NCBI GenBank assembly: GCA_020137815.1
Contig: CM035350.1
Coordinates: 5,890,001 to 5,954,000, forward strand
Reading direction: 5' to 3'
Length of the DNA: 64,000 bases
Source: Hormiphora californensis
Taxonomy: Eukaryota; Animalia; Ctenophora
Position numbers and translations under genes: made by a program. Shown one piece after another: positions 43,010 through 57,410 of the stretch (position 1 is the stretch's first letter; every line of letters starts with the position of its first letter). The notes beneath the pieces are model-generated. The model did not search any database, was not told where the DNA came from, and was given only the letters and a program-made list of their open reading frames with translations.

Positions 43010-44990
43010 CCTCTTTCTCTGTCTCTCTCACAAGCGATAACTATAACCCATATATTTCTCTCCCTTCCTTCCCTAGTGCATCTTGCATAGTGGGCAGTGC
43101 ATGGAAGGGAGATCAAAGGAAGGCCGCGTCGCCACAAACCCCGTACAGTTCCCATACAGTTCCCGTACCGTTCACCAAATAGAGTTGACACGAGACATTT
43201 ATTGACAAGATTTAAATGACCCGTCATGACCTAATGATTAGACGCCAAATATTTAGATAATCACGCACGGAGAGAGAAGGGAGGGAGAGAGAGAGAGAGG
43301 AGGTTTGTATAATACCATTTGGCAGATGGTAGAGGGGGAGTTAGAGCAATGGGTTGTCTGTCCATCTCCTCCTCTGTTGCGTCACTTCCCCGTGCAGTAG
43401 TTGTGGTTGTAATGGGTTGTAACGGATGGTTTTGTGCAGGAGCACTATGAGTTGCTGCTCTACTTTCTGTAGGAGCACTTTCCGCATCTGTTGGTGGTGC
43501 ACTTTTAGTCGAATCTGCTCCAGTTATCGTGTAAACACCCATCGTGTCTCCCAGTATTAGTTCACACCCATTCCACACTTCGTACTGGGTCCTTGCTTTC
43601 AGTACCAACTGGTAAATATAACGTGTATTAGAACAAATTGTAACAAATTGTGTTGTAACAAATTGTGTTGTTGCGGTTGGTGTTTGTTTTTCTAACTACC
43701 TCGTTTCATACACGACTACTATTATAGCATCTTAATTGACACACATACCTTGCCCCGTTTTGTCTTGTTCTTACTCCCTAGATCTTGTACCAGGTGACTT
43801 CCCTTCGTATACTGTAGCTCTATGTGGTGCTTAGAGAGGGACTAGAGAGGGAACAAGATATTACATATATATTAGGTAGGGTTTCTAGTATTGTTCGTAT
43901 CTGGGCTATTGGCGAGACCGGGCGAGACATGGTCAGAATTAAATAGGAAAATGAATATAACTTACCGATACTAGGACTTGCAGTGAGGCAGTTGATGCAC
44001 GCCCGATAGTATAAACCTCGTCGGGATATATCTCCAATGTCTTATCAGCTATACGAAACTCAGCAACCTGTTGTTAGTGATAGTTAGTTCAATGTTTAAA
44101 TTATATAGAGAGTACATAATGAGTCTAATTGATGCAGTTATTTCAACGCTGTCATAACTCAACACATCAAGCTATTATACTGTAGTTTGTTTATTATCTT
44201 GATCTCAGCAAACAAACTATTATATTTGTAATTTTCGATACTATAGTCCACGGAAAATGGATAAGGCGGCCCGTTATGTGCGTTACCGGTAGGTTCAGGA
44301 GCATAGCAAGCAGGAAACGCGAGTTACAAGTGATTCCATGCTTCCAGTGTGTGCGGCTGGGTTCGTTTTAGATGATGGGTCACATTAGGCGGACCAAAGT
44401 TGCAAAATAGCCGGAAAAATAGCGCGGCGGGCACCTTGATTCTTGAATCGCCTTTTCCAGGGACTCTAGAGCATACTAGATCTATAATGATCATACTAGA
44501 TCTATAATGATCATACTAGATCTATAATGATCATACTAGATCTATAATCATACTAGATCTATAATGATCAAACTAGATCTATAATGATCATACTAGATCT
44601 ATAATCATACTAGATCTATAATCATACTAGATCTATAATGATCATACTAGATCTATAATGATCATACTAGATCTATGATTCTAATCAAATCACTCATTAC
44701 AGACCACTAATAAAACCACCGCAGGTTATGTAACAACACGACGCCACAGTCGACCAATAAAACTCTGATCTACTATCTACAGATCTGATATACATATCCT
44801 ACCAACATCTGACCCACTGATCTCTAGCATCAGACCTGAGCAACTATCTGAGCAACTATCTGAGCAACTATCTGATCTCCAATATGGTACGTACCGGTTC
44901 AGAAGATGTTTCAGGGGTATCTGAGAGGGTGGAAAGGTCCTCAATCGCCTGGGTCTCACACAAGTCATCCAATGCTTGCGTGTCATCCAT
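27167..44990 (-). CDS. MDC1: MDC1 (mediator of DNA damage checkpoint 1): FHA, TQ/SQ region, repeats and tandem BRCT
   Basis: Start MDDTQAL. FHA exons YTIGRAS / SLSKHH..VQDLGSKNKT / ELILGD at ~43300-44070. BRCT1 THLVSDQ|VKRTMKFLCAIGRG..VSEDW at ~32050-32430. BRCT2 EKKYRFSLADSI..PKPAQLKEII|ECNGG..PEIILTGALRQE at 27167-27692. Confidence 0.9.
27997..28217. mobile_element. MITE with TAG...CTA termini and a 3-bp TSD, Academ-like
   Basis: tta|TAGTGGGAGACACTAG...CTAGTGTCTCCCACTA|tta with ~55-bp TIRs. Confidence 0.75.
28369..29077 (+). CDS. Secreted ~120-aa 12-Cys/Trp-rich peptide, copy 1 (Tha p 2 allergen-like pattern), nested in an MDC1 intron
   Basis: Exons 28369-28426, 28522-28609, 28707-28796 and 28948-29077 splice in frame to MSCLLNFFVVFTALFCLAEG-QRQYETC..LCWWGCSKGYCWSQC..LEWCWL..YKTCTTNTDC..SCHGACSVG. 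Confidence 0.8.
29442..30221 (+). CDS. Secreted 12-Cys peptide, copy 2 (tandem paralog)
   Basis: Same 4-exon structure. Exon 2 reads KHQYETCNQWFTHGRDRYPNYTCNEENLC. The duplication unit is ~28280-29340 and ~29350-30520. Confidence 0.8.
33160..33500 (-). repeat. 66-bp coding repeat (SRSPSPVAPKKGRGKKTVSPVP), 5+ copies, in MDC1
   Basis: Period of 66 (33181/33247) within ORF 32737-33822. Confidence 0.9.
34197..34450. repeat. ~34-bp G-rich intronic minisatellite
   Basis: gggttagttactcaacaagtggggaaggggag repeated about 7 times. Confidence 0.85.
38503..39938 (+). CDS. Secreted M14A zinc carboxypeptidase nested antisense in an MDC1 intron
   Basis: Exon 1 38503-38613 carries the signal peptide MISLLALISAVLVCIPSAEG; exon 2 is 38709-39938. 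Motifs HGREW, RMWRTTR, DPNRNWD, SFHAF and YGLEVR. Confidence 0.92.
44472..44676. repeat. 20/17-bp tandem repeat rich in short palindromes
   Basis: (catactagatctataatgat)n in MDC1 intron 1. Confidence 0.9.
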
Positions 44991-45148
44991 CTTGCTATAA
45001 AGAGAGAGAGGGAGAGAGAGAGAGAGAGAGACTAGAGAAGTTAAGGGGGCACATTAATAACTTATAATAGTAAAAAGGGGTAGGGCATACGCCATTATAG
45101 GGGCTTGGGGTTGAATTGTTCTTGCTTAGCGCTGAAAGTAATTTTTTG

Positions 45149-45424
45149 ATCGTGTTCAGCGTCAAAAAATAGTCGGGGTACCAAATTTTGGTGTCTCTAC
45201 CTTGTCTGTGACGCGAGATATTGACAAATATAAAAAACGACCAAAGTGAGAGAAAGAGAGTTTGTTACTTTTGGGTGGCGCGCACAAACAACTAGCACCC
45301 AAAAGTAACAATCTCTCTCTCACCCATTTTGGTCGTTTTTGATAATTGTCGATATCTCGCGTCACAGACAAGGTAGAGACACCAAAATTTGGTACCCCGA
45401 CTATTTTTTGACGCTGAACACGAT
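45149..45424. mobile_element. Foldback element with ~128-bp arms between the divergent MDC1 and MFS genes
   Basis: atcgtgttcagcgtcaaaaaatagtcggggtacc...ggtaccccgactattttttgacgctgaacacgat. Confidence 0.85.
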
Positions 45425-45671
45425 GCGAGCATCCATTTCAATCCACAATGCACAGATTTTTCTGTAGAGCAATTTTATGAAAGTTGAAATAATGAACATA
45501 TTACGTCATAACTAATGAACGAGACAGAATTGGAAATTTTCGATACCGTACCAATGGTCCTGGTGGTACTCCCCGTTCATCCACTAAGTTTTGTGAGAAA
45601 ACACGGCGCGCCACTCTTACTTTAATTGTCAGGCGACTCAGACTAGGGGGTGGAGTAAGAGGATAAATTTA

Positions 45672-48862
<3,191 letters not shown>

Positions 48863-49007
48863 AATTACACAACCCAGAGATTTTAAAGATATTAATGTAG
48901 TTTTGATAAAGATTTTAATCTTAAACAGCAGTTTCATAACATAATAAAGCACAATTATCATCTTTTATTCGTTGGGTCACGGTATATAATGAGTTACAAT
49001 ATATCGT

Positions 49008-49769
49008 CTACTTTTTTTGAGTAGCTAGAAACTTCTTACGAGCTTCAAAGTCCTTTTCAGTAAGTTCATATCCCCAATGTAATAAAACTTGTCGAATTAC
49101 AGGGGAAATTCCTGTATTATCATACCCCACCTCAGCCTTCACTATCTTTCCAATAAGTGTGTTTTTCCATCGTCCCTTGGGGCCAGTGCAGTTTTTCCAC
49201 CTCGTAATTTGTCGTTCATCGTCTGTAGTTCTCCTACCCAGGTAGTAGCGACAGTACCATTGGAACCATCCATACGGGTCCTGTTTCTTTATCCAACCAC
49301 TGCTCTCCCACATGTGAAGATCACCTCCACATTTCTTACCGTACTTGTTCCTACTCTCAGTGTAGACTTGGCCGGAGATTTGGTTGGGTATGTTCAGCCC
49401 CTCCAGCCAATTTTGGGGTAGTTCCAACCATTGTTTGTCAAAAGTAGCGCCCGCAACTGACGATTTTATAGATCTAAAATAGGTTCCTCCAAAACTGCCC
49501 GCCTGAAGGACTTCTTTGGGGCTGCGGTTGGGTCTAAATATTTCGCAATCATCAAAAATGTAACACCCGTATTTGTCTCGTTTAGGTAGAGGCTCTGTGT
49601 AGCCATCCCTTTCTCTTACTTCTTCATCTGTTTGTAACACTTTTCCGTCAAAGACTATTTTGGAAGACTTCACTTTCTTTTCGGCATCAGATCCGGCAGC
49701 TGTAGACCTCTTCCGAGTGGGTTTAGACATCACAGATCGCTTAAAAAGGGCTCTAGAGAGCAAGAGCAT
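49008..49769 (-). CDS. Conserved uncharacterised protein of the zgc:113208-like family, intronless CDS
   Basis: FRPNRSPKEVLQAGSFGGTYFR, WESSGWI..QDPYGWFQWYCRYYLGRRTTDDERQITRW, SPVIRQVLLHWGY. Confidence 0.8.
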   Translation of the reverse strand: MLLLSRALFKRSVMSKPTRKRSTAAGSDAEKKVKSSKIVFDGKVLQTDEEVRERDGYTEPLPKRDKYGCYIFDDCEIFRPNRSPKEVLQAGSFGGTYFRSIKSSVAGATFDKQWLELPQNWLEGLNIPNQISGQVYTESRNKYGKKCGGDLHMWESSGWIKKQDPYGWFQWYCRYYLGRRTTDDERQITRWKNCTGPKGRWKNTLIGKIVKAEVGYDNTGISPVIRQVLLHWGYELTEKDFEARKKFLATQKK

Positions 49770-50020
49770 TCATCCTAGAAGAAGAAGAAACGATCAAGCG
49801 GTGTCTAGACACTAGAAAAGTGCTGGAAAAGAGAGAAAGAGGAGTTTAAAAGAAAAAAATGAAGAAAAAAAAGAAAATTTATAAAGCAACGTTCCGCCCC
49901 AACGATACCGCGCCGCGCATAAGCTGATTCCCAAAATGTTTGCGCTGCATTAAACTGGAACGCGCGACAAACTTCCTAAGGCCAAATAAATTTGATATTT
50001 TGAAACTTTGATTTCGCATC

Positions 50021-51500
50021 GGAGTAGCGGAGTGGACTGACATGGTTGAAAATTTAACTGAAATTGCCAGTAGCCATCCACACCTTGCCTACTCGAACTT
50101 CATCTCATCACTGAAGTTCAAATGGGTGTATCTCCAACGTACCATCCCTGACTCGGCAGACTCTTTTCATAGGTTGGAAGATGCGATCAGGAACAGACTG
50201 ATACCCAAGCTGATAGGAAGACCATGTAGCGATATGGAGAGGAAGATCTTTGCCCTTCCTATCAGAGAGGGAGGACTAGGTTTAGATAACCCAGTTGAGA
50301 CGGCCCCGATCTTCTACAAAAATTCAGAGCATGTCACTGAGCCACTGGTGTTAAACATACTTGAATTGGATGAAAACAAGAAGACAATCCATGAAGTTGA
50401 GAAAGAAATCGCAGAGAGGAGGCTCGAATGCAGTGTCGAGGAGATGAAGAGACAGAAGGCGCTAAGAGAGGCAGTGTGTAAAGATGAAGAAAAATGGACC
50501 AGGACATTTCTTCTAAACATGGAGACGGGAGCTTCGTCTTGGCTCTCTGCACGGCCCTTGGAGATTTTCAACAGAGAACTATCCAAATCAGAGTTCACAG
50601 ATGCGATGTGCCTCAGGTATGGCTTTGAAATCAACGGCCAGTTCTCTGAATGTGTATGTGGAAAACAGAATGGGGCAGACCATGCCCTGAGCTGTAGCAC
50701 TGGCGGGATTACTATCCTGCGACACAACGAGATTAGAGATACCCTTGCAGACATTATTACCCATGCAGGATACAAGGGTGTTGAAATTGAGAAAGTGTTA
50801 CAGCCAGTAAACCCAGATGACTACCCCCGAAGTGTCAATACAGCACCTGATGCTCGCAGTGATGTGTATGCTATTGGGTTGTGGAGAGGACTACAGGGGG
50901 CCCACGTGGACGTTGCAGTGTTTCATCCTACTGCACCCAGTTACAGAGGAAAAGACCCAAAATCTCTGTACAAAATGAATGAAAGTCGGAAGAAACGTGA
51001 TTACCAACAACGAATCAGAGAATCGGAGAGAGGGGCTTTCACCCCGTTTATTATGTCCACTTCCGGAGGGTCCGGACCAGAGGCAGAACGACTAATCAAA
51101 AAGCTCGCTTCACGCATCTCTACCAAACACAAGGACAAATATGCTGAAGTGATTAACTTCTTGAGAACGCGGATACGATTCTGTCTCCTCAGAAGTACCT
51201 TGGTCTCACTCAGGGGCACGAGGAAAAAGTTCACGACTCCACCACCCATCGCAATGTGTGATTTTACTGACTGACTTTTTATTTATAATATTTATTGTTT
51301 ATTTGAGTGAGTGATTTTAAGATTTATTTATTACTAACCCCAACACCGGGGGCAAATGATCGAACCCAATGTGAATGAGACTCATCGCGATTAACTCTTC
51401 ATACGGTTACCCCCTTTCTCTCTTCGGCAGCTTCTCTTCGGCTGTTGGAAAGTGATGCCAATCGGTGTTGGGGTTAAAAAGAAAAGAAAAAAAAAAAAAA
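50021..51500 (+). mobile_element. 5'-truncated non-LTR retrotransposon, CRE-like with a restriction-like endonuclease; ORF 50042-51274
   Basis: LPIREGGLG, CVCG..HALSC..RHNEIRD, RSDV..HVDV..KKRDY..FTPF. Poly(A) tail and a 10-bp TSD atttcgcatc at 50011 and 51501. Confidence 0.9.
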
Positions 51501-51893
51501 ATTTCGCATCCAACTTTTTAAACTTTTTTGAAACTTTGATCAAACAATTTTCAAAACACCAGGGGACTGGGGAGGCCAGCAGCGTTTGCCAACTCACCAG
51601 AACAAATTGAGAAGCGAACTTCTCAAAGCGACGTGTAACACAGAACCAGAAGAAACTGACATAGTTCTCCAATTTCCACATCGTGAGGTTACTTTTGCCG
51701 TGAAGTGGGAATGTTTTGGATGGCAAGGAAGATTTGTTCAAGCCTCAAGACAAAAGGGATGTTAGTAACATCATGTTACGTCGAAACCATATCACCGTCC
51801 TCCTCGGCTTCGGCTGTATCCTCACTGTTAGTCTTAGGGAAATTGCCTCGTCAAACTAATTTGTTTAACAACAACCTTCTCGAAGCTAGCAGT

Positions 51894-52758
51894 ATGAAAG
51901 TTCTCAAGCTTGTTGCAGTCGGGGATGGCGCTGTTGGTAAAACGTCACTGTTAATTTCGTATGCACAAGGAGTCTTTCCTGGTGAGTACGTACCGACTAT
52001 TTTCGATAACTACAACCTTCTTATCACCATCGATGAGGAAAGGATCAACTTGAGCTTATGGGATACCGCAGGACAGGTATGCATTTTTGTGAGCCCTAGT
52101 AAGCATCACTCGTGGTCACTGAAGTCAGTTTCTAGTATTGTTAGGGGAAATAGTTTGGTTTTCGGATGAAAATATCTCTGGTTAAATGATGGACTGTCCT
52201 CAGGAAGATTATGATACACTACGACCACTGAGTTACCCTGATACAGACATCTTTCTTATTTGTTATGCTATAAATCAGGAGGCGTCTTTAGAGAATGTCG
52301 AGGTTCAATGGAACCCTGAGGTATGTATGGAGTAGCATCTACATATAATTATGATATATGACAAGAAATATAGTGCCTAATAAAATGTTTTTCGTTTTAG
52401 GTAAGTCATCACAGACCCAATTCACCAAAAATACTTGTTGCAACGAAGTCTGATTACAGAAATGAACCCAACTACACTCAACCCCTGCTGTCTGTCGAAC
52501 AAGGTAGATCATAGTGGGGATTTTTCTAAAACTTGTCCTTGTTTCAATTTGTAACTACATAACCGAGATATACCCGATATACTCACATCAAGATATTCCT
52601 TGCCAGGTAAGGCAATGGCTAAGAAGATCAAGGCAGTGGATCACATCGAGACATCTGCACTCACGGGAGATAACCTCCAGACAGTTTTCACAACAGCTGT
52701 TAGGGCAGTCCTCAATCCAACGGAGAAGAAGAAAAATAACAAATGTCAACTGTTGTAG
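51894..52758 (+). CDS. Rho-family (Rac-like) small GTPase, 4 exons, canonical motifs
   Basis: [23 protein letters not shown]|EDY, TKSD, ETSAL and CAAX CQLL. Confidence 0.93.
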
Positions 52759-52975
52759 AAACTCTTGTTCACTTTCTTTGAGTATGTTTATTTCGAGTAA
52801 TTTTAGTCTTTGTGTTTTGTAATGTTTTTATGTTTTTCAGTGTAATTGGGGTGTGTAATTTTAGTTTGATACTAAGTATGATTTTTTGTAATGTGTATTT
52901 ACCATTTTTGTTAGGTAATAAAGTGTATTGTGTTTTTGTATTAATTAACGAATAATCCCGTGTTAACTTTCTAGC

Positions 52976-55464
52976 ATGTTGGACTGGTTTGAACGGTTGT
53001 TTGCGATCACAGAATCTTTCAAAGATGTTCAATCGGATCTGAAGTGTGAGGAAGTCAATAACCTCTTTTATATAACCGGGGGCAACAACAAAAAGTAAGT
53101 CCTTCTCACTCCATGCAGTCTTGGTTACGAAGTTACCCCTCCCTTGCCAGTACGCGAAGGTCGGGGAGTTATTTCTTAACCAACTGCAGTCGATGTGTAT
53201 GTGTATTAGAGTCTAAACAATCCTTGATCCTAACGGGCACTCTTTTATAGGTACTGTGCTGGAAGGTTCGAGTTCGTGACTGTGGGAGAACTAAGGGAGC
53301 GACCTACAGTTCACAGTGGCCCGTCTTCATTTGGAGTTGTCACTGGAGACGTTACAAAATATATCGCCAATTCGAAAAACAACGGTGCAGTCTTTCAGGT
53401 GTGACATTAGAAAACACTATTGTACATTATATATTTTGCATTTTTACCCTCCTGGGAGCAGTCCCCCAGCAGCACATGTGTGGAAGTTTCACAACTCTTC
53501 GCCTGCTCTTTAGGTTGCGTCCCAGTTTAACTGTTTGGAGTTTATTGGAAGTAACATTACGCCGGAGCGTGGCGTGACTGACTACGAAAGGGACCACACG
53601 CAAGGTCCAGCTTGCAGTATCGCCTGCGGCCCAGCTACTGTATACAGGAACTATTTCCTAACCATGCCAGATGGGAAAATTGGGCAGGAGGCACATCGCC
53701 AACTAAACGGGATGGAGGGAGTCTTCAAAAAGATGGAAGCTGTCTCAGGATCTGTTGTTAAGAATTTGGTTAAAAATGGTTACCTCACTGCCACAGACGA
53801 CGATTTGATTGGTTTTAACAAAACGTATGTACAGGTAGACCAACTATAATTGGGCCACATATGGCTTTCTCAAATTATCTAAAAGACACGCTCTGACGCA
53901 CTACCCTTATCATTATAGATACGATATGATAACTGATAAGGAGGAACTTTGGAACAACATGAAAGTTGGTATTCACCATGATGCCGAGGTCACATCAACC
54001 GGTTTCGGAAAGAAACTAACAAACTCTCCCGAGCAACGAGTGACACAGGTAACGCGATTGATAACAATTAATTAGGGAGTATTGGTGAAAATCTTGGACA
54101 AAATTTGTAACAAGCTAATTTCTTCACCAACTGGCTCAGATGGGTGTCTAGTAATGCCAAAAAAAAATCAATGATGATCGGGAGCGCGCACGCTCCGTAG
54201 CGCGCAAAAATGCTTCACGTGCATTTCTAGCTTAGAACAAAACATGAAAACCAACTTAGGAAAGGAGTAGAGACAAATCTGAGGGCACTAAAATGTGTAG
54301 CGTCCTCGCATTAGTGGGGGTAGGTGCCGGAATTAAGTCTCTATCTCATCTGGTTGATTAGATAATTGGATAATTAGGTTTGCGCATAACCGTTTTTTGG
54401 CTATACGGCTATAGCCACTTAGGAATGGTTTAGAGACTTTTCACTGGTGCCATTTTGTTCAGAACAAAATTTTAATCTAAGAGTTGTGGAAAAATTTAGG
54501 GCCTATCTCTTACCGTTTAGGCGTAATTTGCGGTGAAAGGAAGCCAATTAACTCATTTTTTCGCATTTTCGACTAATTTGGCATCCCTTCAGCGCAAATT
54601 ACGCCTAAACGGTAAGAGATAGGCCCTAAATTTTTCCACAACTCTTAGATTAAAATTGTGTTCTGAACAAAATGGCACCAGTGAAAAGTCTCTAAACCAT
54701 TCCTAAGTGGCTATAGCCGTATAGCCAAATAACGGTTATGCACAAACCTAATTATCCAATTATCTAATTAACCAGATGAGATAGAGACTTAATTCCGGCA
54801 CCTACCCCCACTAATGCGAGGACGCCACACATTTTAGTGCCCTCAGATTTGTCTCTACTCCTTTCCTAAGTTGGTTTTCATTTTTTGTTCTAAGCTAGAA
54901 ATGCACGTGAAACATTTTCGCGCGCTACGGAGCGTGCGCGCTCCCGATCATCATTGATTTTTTTTGGGCATTACTAGACACCCATCTGAGCCGGTTGGTG
55001 AAGAAATTAGCTTGTTACAAATTTTGTCCAAGATTTGGCCCTTTCATCATTAGTACTGCCTAACTAAATGATATGTTGATAATAACTGACCTCCTTATAT
55101 GTTTCGATTTTCTAGCTGATACACCAATATCTATCATTCTATCATGCAGGTCTTTGGGGCTGCAGCTGCAATTGGATACCCCCGCTGTGGAAAGAATAAA
55201 CTGTGGAATAACTTGGCAAAAGGGATACTCAATGCCTCCTATTTGGGTCTCTTCCACGCAGCAGCCACTAACCCTTCCTCAAATAAGCTATTCCTGACTT
55301 TTATTGGAGGAGGTGTTTTTGCGAATCCTATTGGTTGGATTTGCGATGCTATTCTTAGTGCAGGGAAACACTACAAGAACGCTGGATTGGAGGTTTATAT
55401 TGTTTCATATTCAACCCCCTGTAGTCAGACAGTTAAACTCCTCGACGAATTAAACAGGCTTTAA
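52976..55464 (+). CDS. Macrodomain-like protein of a mainly microbial family, with introns
   Basis: MLDWFERLF..GAVFQ|VASQFNCLEF..TPERGVTDYERDHTQGPACSIACGPATVYRNYF..KVGIHHDAEVT..LFLTFIGGGVFAN..VYIVSY, spread over 5 exons. Confidence 0.8.
54088..55036. mobile_element. ~950-bp foldback element with ~440-bp arms in the last intron of the macrodomain gene
   Basis: aaatcttggacaaaatttgtaacaagc...gcttgttacaaattttgtccaagattt, near-identical arms, spacer ~54535-54590. Confidence 0.92.
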
Positions 55465-55518
55465 GTGCATTTAAGATATCCAAAGTTAATTTATCTCAGT
55501 AGTCAGATTCAGTATACG

Positions 55519-55766
55519 TTAAAGTGAGAGGTGCACGAAAACGAAAGTCGGAATAATTTCTAAACAAGGTGTGTGTAACATTCCTTGGTGTCTAATTAAA
55601 AGTTTGGTGAAAAGATGACCTTCACCAACTTGTTTGTTTGGATCCAAGGAACACAACATTGAGACGTCATCTTTTCACCAAACTTTTAATTGGACACCAA
55701 GGAATGTTACACACAATTTGTTTAGAAACTATTCCACTTTTAATTTTCGTGCACCTCTCACTTAAA
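55519..55766. mobile_element. MITE with ~95-bp imperfect TIRs, TTAA-associated
   Basis: ttaaagtgagaggtgcacgaaaa...ttttcgtgcacctctcacttaa. Confidence 0.75.
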
Positions 55767-56845
55767 ACTATTTTTTCCCCGCCCGGGTGAATGCCGAAGG
55801 CATTCACCCGGATGCCTTTTGCAAAAAGGCATAGGGGTTTAGAATTCGACAAGTTTACATACTAGTGAAGTGTCACGCTTTTTTTGTCCCGTGACGTAAC
55901 CCATCCATAGCAACCATCCAGTGCGGAGTGCTCAAAATATCATTTGAAATACTTCACACACGCTCTAATTCAAATTGCCCACGAAGGCGACGCCCGCAAA
56001 GTTATTACAGTGCTGAAATGACGCACTTTCATTAGAACGCGCAGCCCGGCGCCGCGCGCCCCTTCCTGTTTGCAATTCATAACGTTCATCGTTCGTCATG
56101 TGTTCGTCATTACAATTGCGCTCTGGTATTGTCATTGATTACATGAGGTGAGAGGTCAGTTGAGTGGAGATCACATAGACTAGAAAAGGAGCCTAATTAG
56201 GCAGCTCATCACCTGCACTGTTCTGTCTCACCTTTCAGAATCTCATTAGGTCATGGGTGATGGGATGTCACATGCCAATGGCGGGGAATACAGCACTATG
56301 GATACATAGTGCAAATCTTCTTGTTAATTGTTAGCCGATTGCAGAAAATGAAGTGGCCAAGGGTTTATGAGATCAGTAATAGGAAACAGGTATTCCGGCG
56401 ACCTCTGTAATGAATTACAGAGGTCGCCGGAATTACTACTACTATTTTCTACTACTATTAGCCGATTGATTATATTTGATTTGAACAGCTCTTCTTGTAC
56501 AGGTACTAATTTATCTTTATCTACAACATTTGTACCACTGTTCTGGTTTCTAACCCATTAATTGTGCAATATAGTAGGAGCGCTTAGATCAATTTCCGCC
56601 AAATTAGTTGCATTGCCAGAGCTCCTTTATTTCACCTCCAAATTCCAATAAAAAATTACTTTTAAGTTTTCGAAAGATCTTGTCGAGATCTACAAAAATC
56701 TTGAGGGTCATTTTTTTTTGTTTTAATGCAAAGCAAAGGAGTAACCTAAATTTCGGGTGGCTCACGTGCATGTTCTAAGCACTCCTACTAATAGCTGATG
56801 AATTGAAACTGCTTAGCGGTACAATATACTGATGACTGATGAAAG

Positions 56846-57385
56846 ATGCAGAAATGTATGAATATAAAACTTGTCATAACTGGCAACACTGCGTGTGGAA
56901 AAACAAGCATCCTTGCCAGATTCTACCGTGATATCCCTCCTTCTGCCGAAAGATTGGTTGTGGTCAATGACTGTAAGCCTCTGACAGTTGGTGAGCGGGT
57001 GTATGATGTTGCCTGCTGGGAGACTGTTGCTGGGGAAGAGTATGCACGGCTCAGACCTTTTTCATACTATGACACATTTTGCCTCTTACTAGTGGTCGAC
57101 GCCAGCGATGCTGAAAAAGGGGATGCTAAGTTTTGGGCAGATGAATTTTGGAATCATTGTCCTGGAGTTCCTGTGATTTTGGTGGGTTCAAAGGTGGACT
57201 TGAGGGATGAGAATAGCGTGAGTTTTGAGGAAGGTCGTCAGATGGCAGAAAGGATCGGAGCAGCCTGCTACATGGAGTGTTCAGCTCTTACCGGAGAGGG
57301 GGTCAGTGACGTTTTTGTTCACAGTATTGAACTAGGGGTTGTATATTTTAAGAAATTGAACCGGAAAAAATGTTCCATTTTGTAA
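56846..57385 (+). CDS. Atypical intronless Rho-like GTPase, type A copy 1
   Basis: GNTACGKT, WETVAGEEY, GSKVD, YMECSA, CAAX CSIL. Confidence 0.85.
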   Translation: MQKCMNIKLVITGNTACGKTSILARFYRDIPPSAERLVVVNDCKPLTVGERVYDVACWETVAGEEYARLRPFSYYDTFCLLLVVDASDAEKGDAKFWADEFWNHCPGVPVILVGSKVDLRDENSVSFEEGRQMAERIGAACYMECSALTGEGVSDVFVHSIELGVVYFKKLNRKKCSIL

Positions 57386-57410
57386 ACTGAAATGTTAATA
57401 TCTAGTTTAA

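Noticed and set aside
44285-44460. Alternative first exon of MDC1 (MLLNLP|gt)
   Set aside because: Only a plausible donor site and a GC-rich patch support it; too short to call without transcripts.
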